Below, piece after piece: positions 38,788-50,738 of a stretch of 64,000 bases of DNA. The position numbers and the translations under genes are program-made. The notes below the pieces were generated by a model that saw nothing but the letters and a program-made list of their open reading frames with translations, made no database searches and was not told the DNA's origin. The DNA is from Lytechinus pictus (lineage: Eukaryota). The stretch lies in NCBI RefSeq assembly GCF_037042905.1, contig NC_087251.1, positions 25,792,001-25,856,000 on the forward strand. Reading direction: 5' to 3'. Every line of letters starts with the position of its first letter. The first letter of the stretch is position 1.

Positions 38788-41118
38788 AGTGTGTGTGGTA
38801 GACAGCTGGCAGCCGTCCGTTTCGAGGAGTTTTTTAACATTTTTTTTTTCTCCTCGTGGAGCCAACAGAGTTCAGGGGAACAGCCAACATAACAGAGACC
38901 CTAGCTTTGTTTTGGTCTATATGTGTGGGCACTCAAAATAAAATTGTATTTTGATGGGGGTGTGCCTGGCCAGGAGGCTTTCTAGAGACTCTTCATCAAG
39001 ATCTGAAAAAATCATACAGTTTAATGAAGTGGTTGATGAGATAGAAATATCTTGCTGTCTCTCCATAGTACAACTACCTGCAGTAGCTATGCTAGTATTA
39101 AGTACAGCCACAGTCATGCTGCGCTGGCCTGCTCTCCTTGTTTAGGGCATGTGTATAAAGATAGTCTGATAGACTAGATGGCATATTTAGTTACTCGACT
39201 TTTAATGAAGGTACAAAATATAAGTTGGAGACTGGAGAGATCACAAATCAAAAGATGAAATTTATGGAGATCTTCCACCTATCTCCACCAAGGTAAATTA
39301 GTAAACGTATGAGATTTGCTGGTCACTGTTTTCGTAGTGAAAAGGAAGTTATGTCTGATGTCCATTTGTTGTGCCTCCCTCTTAAAACATGAGGACGGAG
39401 ACCTTTTTTTCCATCAGATAATGCAAAGTTATTTCCTTTGTTCCAAGTTTCTCAGCAGACCCTTTGAATGTTTTATTGTGACTTATTCCAAAATAAATGT
39501 ACAAAACCCTGGAATTCCATTCAATTGCAGAACATATCATGTGTTACATACATTTAGCTTGGAACTGCAATCATTCTAATTGAAAGGTGGGGCAATCTAT
39601 TTTTCTAAGGGCAATCCCAACTTTCCAGACTAAAGGTGAATGAATAACTCACCATTGGAACAATTCCTCTCCCAGGACAATGACAAAATCAGTTTGCATA
39701 GAACCTTCCAGGGGTGGTTAAAACAGTTCATAGCAAGACAAGTCTGTCCAAATCAATCTTTATTGTTGATTAAAGATGTTGCTTAACTAGGGAATTCCAG
39801 TTAAGTCAATTTGAATATGTACATGTATGTATTTTTCCGGGGTCCTTACTCCTTATTATAGTTGCCCCAGAATACTTCAAAGACATGTTTATGGTACCAG
39901 ACTTTACAATAAAAAATGGACAGGCATGCATCTGGTAAATTTGCCATGCGTCCGGTAATTTCTTATGCATGGCGAATTTACCGGATGATGCATGGCTAGC
40001 CATGCATCGTAATAATTATGCATCCATGGCTGTTAAAAAAAATTGAATTTTAGCCAAAAAATTCCACCATTCTATAAATAAATGATACACAGGTTTGTTC
40101 TTGCAACAGTAAGACTAGTGAGCATGCGGTAACTATGGAAACTAGTCTAAAGCCACTCGGCTGTGCCTTGTGGGTTTAACAGTTCCATAGTTATCTTATG
40201 CTCACAAAACCTACTGATGCCATCTCATCTGTGCATCATTTGTATACAATACCTGCACAATTGACATTCCTTTTATAACAATCAGGGCACCATAAGCACA
40301 GTATGTCTTTGGCATCGTTGAATAATTCTTATTACTATTGACATCACCAGTCATCAATATGACATATTTTGCCATTATGTTATTAATAATTAAATTGCTC
40401 TGAAAAGCTGACATTGCCTAAACATTTGTTGTCATTGGAGTTGATGACAAGAACTGAATAAGTGGCTAAATATCTGTCAGTAATTATTTACTGGATTGAT
40501 AAGTTGGGAGTTTATCTGTGATCTTTTCCTATACCAGTTTATTTCACAGAAATTCTTAAGAAGTTTTCAATTCAATGCCTCTAAATGCCTCTCTTTACAA
40601 ACCAGGTGAAAAATTTGCTACTTAACATTTAGGTGCAAATATTCAAATGTTTATTTATATACAGGGATGTGCTGCTGGAATGGGTCGCTTTTTTTTAAGA
40701 AATCTTTAAACATGGGGTATAGTTTTATGCTGGAAAATCCCTAAACATGCCCCCAATTTTGAGTGATAACCTTTTTTTTTTTTTTTCTTTTTTTTTGCTT
40801 GTCAAATTTTAATAGATTACTAATAATGGGTACCTTTTTAGCCAAAATGACCCGTAAATATGGGTATGGGTTTTGAAACTTCAGCCGCACACCCCCGTCC
40901 AAACCAAATCTAAGTACCCCCCCTCCCCCCCTTCCCGGGATGGATACTGCATCATTATGCAGGATTAATCCATTTCTCTAGAAAATTAGGAATAGTCACA
41001 TACAGTATGTATGTTTTTTTTAATTCTGATCATAACATCCTTGGAAATCCTTCACATCAGTTTAGATGTGACATCTTGATCTTGTTTCCCATATCACAGA
41101 TGAACAATATAACCGACG

Positions 41119-44100
41119 ATGCTGTCAAGAAATCGTTTGATGTGTCTCCTACATCAAACTCTCCACCATGGAAGGCTTCAGGATGTTTACGGTACCAGTA
41201 GAGGAAAATCATTTCAAAGAATCTGTACCTGCCCTTATGACAGCTCTTCATTTCAAAGACTACAAAATTTGGGCATGAAATCAAGACATTTCCATTTGAC
41301 TGCTTGTAGAAAAGGTACAGATGGTTACAGTTCTACAGGTAAGGTGGATTCAACTCTGAGTGATGGCTCTGAAACAAAAGAGAGTTATCTTGAAGCAAGC
41401 AGAAAAGGTGTTCTGAAGGGCAGACGGACACTCTCCCCAATGGAAAGAATTGGTGGTATGATAATGAATAACCCTGAAACTGAGGAAAGAACTAAAAATC
41501 AGAATACTACTAGTGACTCCAAAACTTCTGGTATCAGGGATTCCAAAGATGTCATCAATGCCGATGAAATAAAGTCAGCTCAGGTATGTGACTCCAGTCA
41601 TGTGCAAAGATTTAGAACATCGGTAGATGGTGAAACTTCTGTGAAAGTGAGTGACTTTGATAAAGCCCAGCACCAGGGGCCTCCTCTCGTAGATGGAGAA
41701 TACATCATTATCACCAGAGAGAACTTGAAGAGGCAGGAGAAACTTGTTCGCCTGATCAAGCTTGATGCTTCCCAGGACTTCAAGTGCAAGTTTGGTAACC
41801 TACGGCATGCAGATATCGTCGGACATCAGAGTGGCAGTGTCTTTGTGACTGATATTGGCATTGAGCTTCTGATTAGGCGACCAAGTCTGGATGAATATGT
41901 GCTCTACATGAAGAGGCATCCAACCATTGCATACCCAAAGGTAATGACACAAGGATTGATTGCTTTGAGCATATGAACAATAACCTTGGGAATATTCTGC
42001 TATTCTAATTTTTTTCAATGGTGAATGTTCGATATTTTTGTATTGACAACTGGTTTGTATATATTTTTAGGGTGATTACCCTGTATTGATATTCACACTG
42101 CAGAAATCTTCAACTTAAGTACCCCCACCCCCTCCTGAAAACTACATTGTAAAAACCCCTTACGACTATAGGAATTTGGGAGAGATAAGGGGCTCACTGC
42201 ATACTCCCTGATTATCAATTTTCTACCAGTGATACACTGCCAATATTATCTATATTGCTGATTTTTTTGTTTTGCTTGACATAGGATTGTTGTACAATGC
42301 TAATGATGATAGATGCTTATCCTGGTGATGTGGTCTTAGAAGCGGGTTCAGGGTCTGGAGCTATGACGTTGTTCCTTTCTAGAGCAGGTAGGAACAATTA
42401 GTGATGATAAGACTAATGATCATATCATTGATAGTGATAATTATGAATAATCCTGATGATGACAATGATAATGATAAAATAATGATAATAATAAATCATA
42501 ATATTGATAATAATTGTATTTAGCTTGGTAGAAATAGCAACAAGTAATGTATACAACTGGATCCAAAATATAATTGTTCATTTATTGCTGACAGGTAAAA
42601 GAAATACTTCACTATTAGGTTCCAGGGAAGAAAAAAAAATCACAATTCAAATTACTTAGTAAACAGGTATATATTTTCATAGACCAAAAGCTTCCATCTG
42701 TTGCTTGTTCCAATGGACTACACCTGGCTTGTTCCACTGGCTCCGGAGAAATTTTATAAAGTTAAAAAAAAATTAAAAATTTCCTCCAAACAGATGGATT
42801 TCAGCTGTCTAAAAAAAAATTAAGAATAATTGCTATATGTTCCAGTTTCTTCGTTCTCATTTCTTAGAAGGCAAGCTTTTGTCTACACCTTCCATTTCTG
42901 TGAAAGTTTAAGCCAACTGATCAGTCACACATTTGCCTGGTGCCACCTGCAATCTTGCAATGAGTTGGTAGAAGCTTGAACATTTTCCAACCAGTAAATT
43001 ATGTCTGTATTACTCACCATTTATCTTTTCTTTTTCTTTTTTTACAATTCTTTGAAGTTCTACAAGGCTAGCTTGAACAATTTATTATTTAATAATCCCC
43101 AACCAATGAGAGATTTCTGAATTAATTGCTTTTTGTTTAAATATTTCTTTTTGAATTCTTTATTGCAGTTGGACACAATGGCCAAGTTCTTTCCTTTGAC
43201 AGAGAACGGAACCATCAGGTCAGAGCGGAGAAGAACCTCAGCCTGTGGCAGAAATCCTATGACATCAGCCATGAAGTCAAGTGGCCCCAGAATGTCTTAT
43301 TTTACTCCTGTAGATTGCAGGACTGTGGACAATATATCAAAGATACTCAAGTGGATGGGGTATGATGATTCTTTGTGCATGGTATATCCTTTAACCCTCT
43401 CCCCTTCCCCTCCCTCTTCCCTCCCCCATCCCTCTCCCTCTTCCCCTGGGAAAAAAATTGAATGAGTGAAAAATCTGTATTAGATAACAATATTCCTGAC
43501 ACGACAAAGACAAATTTTTCTTAGTACACATAGATCTTAACATTCCAAATATTCATGTATATCTGGTCATAGTGACCATTTCATTCTGGGTTTCAACTAT
43601 TACACCCTTACATCATGGTTTCCAAAGGGGCAGGGTTATTTCTTGATTCCATGGTTTGGCAGAAGTTGCCCTGATGGAAAGCCGGCACATTCAAGACAAA
43701 CTTAAACCTATAAAACCTCAAACATAATTGTGAATAATCCCGATCCTGATACAAATAAAATACCCTCTAACAATCTTAATCCTAAAAAATATATTTTGTA
43801 TGTTCATATGATATGTTAGGCCATTTGAGAAGTAATTTATTGTAATTGATAATTGCAAGAAATCTGAATGTTTATGTGTAGTAGAATGTTGTTAATGCAC
43901 CAGTATGATATTCAATATATTCATTTTCAATACAGGCAATTATTGATATGGAGGAACCTTCCAGAGTGATGTCTACTATGTCTCAAAGACTTAAACCAGG
44001 GAAGGCAATGGCTGTGTATGTGGCAAAGTAAGTTGCTCTTGAAAACCTTATCCAACTCTATTTTCCCCTTAACACAACTTCATTCTTCGAAACTGAAAAT

Positions 44101-46604
44101 GCAGATCAGTTGCCTTTCTAAAGCCATGGTTATTACATGTATGCGGCATGGTGATACAGCATTTGAGACTTCTGATAAAGCATCGTTAGTTGCTGTATTT
44201 AATAATTCTAATCTATATTTTGCCATGAATAAATGAAAAAAATACCGATTTGTGTATTGCTTCCATAGTATTTATATTGGCCTTTTCTGTGACTCCAGCT
44301 ATATGAATCTATTCTAGGTCACTATCAAGGTCACTCCATATTTTATCATTGGATTCAGCCGTCAAAGGAACATCCTACCAGTGTATTTTCAGTAGTTCTT
44401 TTTTCATGATTTTAATGTATAAAATTAATGTTTTGTTGTTTTACATCCATTATTTCTCTTTCAAATTCAGTCTGACCATGGTGATTGAGATAGCTGAAGC
44501 CATTCGCATAGAAAGACTCCCCCTTTTCATCGAGACTACCATAGAAGTCACCCACAAGGAATGGGTTGTAAACCCAGCCAGGCGGTATGGAGGGATTGTT
44601 CTGCAAGACCCAAAGGCATCCGACGAACAGGAGTTTGAGAATGAGGTGGTAGGAAAAAGCAAAGGTAAATAGCTTGCAGCTGGTATTGCATTGTGGGTGA
44701 ATTCCATTGTCACGGGATGATGTAGTGATTATCTACATGGATGGTTGACCCAATATCTTCTGAATGTTCCTCTTGAATGTAACAATGTTACATTTTCTTC
44801 ATCCTTTTCTGGTGGTTGTTCATAAAGATTGAATTAAAGTCTTGCTTACGCATCAACACACTTGATTTTAAGAATTAATATCAACAAATGCGCTATAGCA
44901 TGCTAGCATGCATCCCCTGACCAATGTGGCAGTGCATTATATGCCACTCACAACTGAGAATTGAAGTGTGATTTGCAAACAAACGTAACTCTTTGACAAA
45001 ATGTGGAGTGATGACATTCATAAAGTAGATTTAAATACCTACGAATGGATACAGTTAATATTCCAATAAAATTCACTATTTTATTCATAGAACAGAATCA
45101 CCGACTTCTCAATGGCACATTCGGACAGGTCTTAAACTAGATTTATTGTGCTTGAGTTTATGAATTGAATCATTTTATCAATTAAAAAAAAAAACTCATC
45201 AAAGACCATTGAACACATTTTTTCTTTAATAATATTGTACTTGCTTATATAGGACCAAACTTGCATTTTATCACAAGTCTTTACAATATCTACAATAGTA
45301 TAATTATCCTGGCCTATCATGTGTTCATTGTTACACCGTTTCAATTGGCCTAAATCGTTATTAATGTTGTATTATAGGGCTTTACTTTAAAGACATGTAA
45401 AAGTTATTTGTTAAATAAGGATTTGTGAAGAATAAACTTTCAACTTTGAACTTTAAACCCCTTCAGGAGTGCGATACATTGCCGATGAAATACCCAAATA
45501 TCTTGCAAGACCACATCATATTCAACCTTCTCATACAGGTAAGATGATTCTGTCCATAGAAGAAGGCTTGTTCAGATATGGCATTGCCAACCCCCCCCCC
45601 CCCCCCAGAAAAAAAAATACAAATGTAGACTTTATATATGGTGCAACAAAATGCCCAAATACATGTATGTTAAGAACATGCTTCAACTTTTTTTGGTCAA
45701 AATTTTGTGCAAACATATTACGCATTTTAGATGTGTGAATATCATCATCTCTTAACAGCCAGGCACATTAAAACAGATATGTCTCCCTTGGCAGCTTTGC
45801 AGGGGTATCATTTTATTTGTGTTTGGGGGGAGGGAGGGGGGTCCTCACATCTTAATTGTACACCGAAATGTTAGTTGCCTCATATCTGAACAGAGCAGAG
45901 AATGCTTTTGTTGTATCCCTGAAGTGGTTTTGATTCTCTTTCTCTTTATACTTGCTATCTGCTAGTGGATGACAAATTTTTATGTCTTTAATGTGGACCA
46001 ATAAATGAACCCCCCCTCTCTCTCTGGTTGTTTGCTTAAAAATGCATCAACTTTTTTTAGTAATAAATGAACCCCCCCTCTCTCTCTGGTTGTTTGCTTA
46101 AAAATGCATCAACTTTTTTTAGTAAACATCAGGCATAAAATGATGGTCCTGTTCCATAAAACATCAAATTGGTTTGCAAACTTATTATAGAATTTGCTTT
46201 TATTTCTAGCATCTATTAAATAGTTACCAGGATTTATGAAAGCCAACCTTGTTCGCAATAGTTTTTTTGTCTACTTGAATGTAATTGAAAATATCCATTG
46301 AGCTTTAACACAAAACAAAATGTCTTTGACATATTTTGGCATTTAAGAATATTAACTACCAAAGGGGTAAGTTACATTTAATGAGTGTGCCTTCAGAATG
46401 TAGCTAAGAAAAGTAGGAAGGGCAAATGAATATTTCAGAGTACCTGACTGTCCGACTCCCTTGCTATTATTTTTTTTAACAATCATTTCTTTCAATGAAA
46501 ACTAACTTAGCTTTCTGTTCTTGCTTTATTATTTTTCTCTCACTGCAGCATTCTTGGTAAAAATTAGGAAAACAAGGAAATCATCGTCAACATTTAAGGT
46601 TTGA
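41119..46604 (+). CDS. TRMT61B: Mitochondrial tRNA (adenine(58)-N1)-methyltransferase, ~509 aa
   Basis: Exons 41119-41940, 42285-42387, 43169-43359, 43936-44027, 44471-44664, 45467-45538, 46549-46604 (GT-AG, 1530 nt). Motifs [43 protein letters not shown] (SAM binding), [33 protein letters not shown] match the GCD14/TrmI family and TRMT61B in particular. Arg-rich N-terminal presequence. AATAAA at ~46688 and ~46725. Confidence 0.95.
46000..46124. repeat. Near-perfect ~61-nt tandem duplication in the last TRMT61B intron
   Basis: aataaatgaacccccc(c)tctctctctggttgtttgcttaaaaatgcatcaactttttttagt occurs twice in tandem. Confidence 0.9.
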
Positions 46605-48585
46605 AACTAAAAATGGACAATTAATAACACAAGTTAGCTTTATCGTTGTTTAAGTTTCTGCTATAAATCTATTTTTAATCTTTGATAAATAAACGTACAA
46701 ATATTTCAAAAATTCACAAAGTTTAATAAAATAAATTTAGCACAAAATCATTTTGACAAATATATACAACAACGATATTGAAATTAAATTTTGTCAGTTT
46801 GATAACTTATTTGTGTGCAGAAAAACATTTCAATAAATAAACCATATTCTAATTACATGTACTAACAATGAGAAAGAAATCAATTTCTGGATTATATAGA
46901 GCGATAATTTGAGGAGATTAATAAAAGGTTTTAAAGTCTTTTCCAAATATTAGTTACAGTCAAGCATTTTCATTGTGACCTGCAACCAAGTTTATTTTTC
47001 ATCCATCAATTTAAAAAGTGGTACATTGTACTCTATGAACAGAATATGTAGTTGAATTCTCTACTTACATGTAGGTGGTAATTGTGAAATTCAAGTGAAA
47101 ATTAATAAATTGCTGATTTTAAATAAGTATTTCAGTCTGGGTTTCTTTTCTGCGTTTTTTAATATTTTTAAACAAGTCGCATCTTAAAAATCTAAAAATT
47201 TTAGGAAAACAGGAGATGAATATTAGATTGGTGAGATTATTAATGAGATCACAACGTTATAATCAGTTATGTTGAGGAGGGATGCACTGTACTAGTGTGC
47301 ATTGAGACTACAGGGATGTGCTGCTAAGCAGTGTGATTTTTTTAAGAAGGATCCATAGACATGGGGTCCCCTTTTCATTTGGTCATTGCATCATATTGCA
47401 GCTGGAAATGTCATATTCAAAGTTTGAAATCCGTAGACATGCGTCCATTTTTCGCAAAAAAAAAACCTTTGACATGGTTGCCTGTCAACATCAAAAGGAC
47501 CATTGGATGTGGGTATTTGCTTGGATTTCTCAGTCGCAAATGCATGTCCAATCAAAGTGCCCACCCCCTTCAAATATGAGCTCCTCAAAATTAATGAATT
47601 GCAATATCTGTATTGGAATGACAGAATATCTGTTCTTCCAACACGCAAGTTAATTTAGAGGGACCTAGAAAAGGCTGACTTTGCCATTGAACTTATTAAA
47701 ACATATATTGCATTTTAATTTGCAGTGACATTATACCCCCAAAAGACTGGGTTTTCCCCCTTTTTTTAAAGCCTGCAATTTAGACCAAATTGCTCAAAAT
47801 TGTTATTTAATGTTCAAATCCAATATACATAGGTATTCAGTCAATATTCATAAAATGTGTTATTTTTGCTATTGGTGATCAAAATCAATTTTAGAATTAA
47901 TAAATAGATAACATTTTAGGTGATGTTGTGTGCTAATTTTCGCCATTACCATCTGGTCCAAATGACCCTTTTTTAATCTCATCATACTTCTAAAGGTCCA
48001 GTGCTCAAATGTACTACATAATAAATACAATAGTTAACTTTATTTCAAATAACCTTTTCTTTTATCAAACCAATATCATAACTCATGCATTTTCAAAAGT
48101 TTTGGATATCAGTGTTTTGAAAACCTCTGCTGTGAATAAATTGATATCAAACATCATTGTAGATACAGCAACACCACATAACCATTTCTGTTTACCTTAT
48201 TCATTGATGAATACGATATAGACATTTTAATATTAAATAAATAAATATTTCAATAGAATCATGAAATAAGATATTAATATATTACTCCTGAAGTTATACT
48301 CTATATATTAGAACAATTTTGTACAATATATACTTCATATAAATAAACTATGGTTTCATTTACAATATGCTCAATTATTTATACACTAAGGATATAGCAG
48401 CAGAATAAATATGATCTACTAAGTACAGAAATAAACTTTGTCTATAAAGAGTTGGGTCGAATGAACAGATGTAATTTGACAAGCAAAAATAGAAAATTAT
48501 TCTCCAAAATCAAAATTAAATAAGAAAATTCACTAAAATTTTGCCTAAGGCTGTTTCACAATTAAGGTATGTAAGTGCCGTGAGC

Positions 48586-49034
48586 TTAATAGGGAAGTTT
48601 CCCCTGACAATAGAATGGTTTTAACAATAGTAGAAAAATTAAAGATATTTGTGAAGGTTTGATGAAAATTTATGAATAAAAGAATTAAGAAGTTTTTCAT
48701 TTGTGACATCATATGCGAGCAGCTCTCCCATATATCACATAATATGAATTCAATAAATTCCAATTTTTAAAAGGAACATGATGAAAACAAGTATATTTTC
48801 TTTTAGAAGGGGGTCATGAAATGATGCGTATTATATATTCCCCGCACAAATAAAATCACTTCCAACTTTTTGTAATTTATATCACACAATATATGGAGGA
48901 GCTGCTGGTCTATTCAAAATTTTGGTATTTAATAAATCTTGTTATTCTTTGACGGATTTTCATCAAACCACCAATATTTTTCATTTTTTACCCTTCATTA
49001 AACCCAAACTAACATCTTGGTGAACTTCCTTTAA
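48586..49034. mobile_element. Degenerate T2/Kolobok-like MITE
   Basis: TTAAtAGGGAAGTTTCCCCTGA ... GGTGAACTTCCTTTAA termini, with internal tgtgacatc...gagcagctc blocks resembling the other TTAA MITEs. Another end fragment lies at ~50612-50634. Confidence 0.55.
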
Positions 49035-49616
49035 AGAAATTCAACGGGCCAAATTGTAGCCTCTATCTGATTTTCATTTTCAAAACTGGATTTGAAAAAT
49101 TTAACAGGTTTTTTGAAAATTCCTATTGTATCACAACGTATTCTAAATAATGACAATCTTTCACATTCCATGTAGAAACATTTTGACTGAAGTTATGACA
49201 TCGCTTGCTTTGTAATATGTCCCAACCCATTTTAAGAATAATGTAGTTACTAAAGCAATTCAAAACTTAAAGATGCAATTTTCAGTTGAGCTCGTTTCTC
49301 TATCTGTTCAACTTGACTTGTCTGAATGGACATTTGAATAACGTACCTGAGGGTATCAATAAATAAATTACATATATTTTCTATTCATATCTTTTCTAGT
49401 TTACAAAACACATTTTGTTGTCAAAAAATATTTGACAATAGTCTAAAGAGAAGTGTGACTTCAGACACGTTACTCTATTTTGACATAAACTACATTCAAG
49501 TACACTGGTGTATAGATGGACAGGGGACGGCCATGGACCCCCAAAATTTTCACAAGCAAGAAAAAAGGAAGGAAACGAAAAAAGAGGGAAAGGGGTGTCA
49601 GAATATTATAATTATA

Positions 49617-50431
49617 CAGTGCGTCCCAGAAAAAACGAAACCGAGATTTATCGATGATTTATCATAACTTAATCACAAATACAGTAGACAAATGACCTAC
49701 CATTTTAAAGCTTAGAATCTCCTCTTTCATCTGAAATTACTTAGTTTATTTCTCTTTAATGCATGAGTGAGCAAGAGCAATTTGAAAAGGGGATACCAAA
49801 AAGTCACTTGGCGGGCCGTATCTGGGTTTTCAAAAGAAAACCACATTTTTAAAAAGTTCAATATCTGCTCTTTAATTTGATACCTCAATTACAGAAAATG
49901 GTCAAGAAATAACAAAGTTCTGGTTATTTGAAATAAGGCTTGAATTTCAATAATTTCATAAAATGAAGAGGTTTTACAGGCAAGCGTCTAAACTCGACAC
50001 TCCGTTTTGTTGACGATCAACCATGCATTAAGTCTTTTGTTACCGTGCGATAGCTTCTGTGGGAAACCGGTGAAAACACGTTTATTTAATGAAATTATGG
50101 AAAAACAAGCATTGTTTTGAGGGATCATAACTTTTTTACTTCTTGACCGTTTTCTGTGATTAAGGTATCAAAGAAAAGAGCAGATATTGAACTTTTTAGT
50201 CATGTGATTTTCTTGTTGAAATTCAGATACCCTTTGCCAAATGAGTTTTTGGCATCCTTTCTTCGAATTGTTTTTGCTCACTCATGCGTGAATGAGGAAT
50301 AATCTAAGTAATACCAGATGAAAGAGGAGATTCTAAGCTTTGCATTGGTAGGTAATTTGTCTATTTTATTTATGATTAAGATATGATAAATCATCGCTAA
50401 ATCTCGGTTTCGTTTTTTCTGGGACGCACTG
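49617..50431. mobile_element. Tc1/mariner-type long palindromic MITE
   Basis: TA|CAGTGCGTCCCAGAAAAAACGAAACCGAGATTTA ... TAAATCTCGGTTTCGTTTTTTCTGGGACGCACTG|TA, with ~300-nt inverted arms. Confidence 0.92.
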
Positions 50432-50738
50432 TATAATATAGTTAAGTGGGTTATCCCCCACCCTTTCCAATTTCTTACAAGCTGCTAGATGTTAATCATT
50501 AAAATTTGTAATTTTAAAAATCTTACACCAATTTTGAAACCTCTTATAGGTGATGGATGTGAATGCTTAATTGGTTATCAAGCAAAAAACTCTTCGTCAA
50601 ATATACCTATTTTCAGGGTGGACTTCCCCTTTCAAGTGACAAATATTTGACCACTTTTTTGGGGGAGCAAGTATAGGTCTACAAGATAATTTTACCTGTA
50701 CACCCATTACTGGCATTGATTATTTGATGTAAACCATA

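Noticed and set aside
43384-43395. ATATCCTTT, a U12-type 5' splice-site look-alike
   Set aside because: It lies past an in-frame stop. The GT-AG intron 43360-43935 gives the correct protein.
46700-50738. CPE or Pumilio elements in the Speedy 3' UTR
   Set aside because: A few UUUUAU-type matches are expected by chance at this AT content, the UTR end is unknown, and there is no clear cluster.
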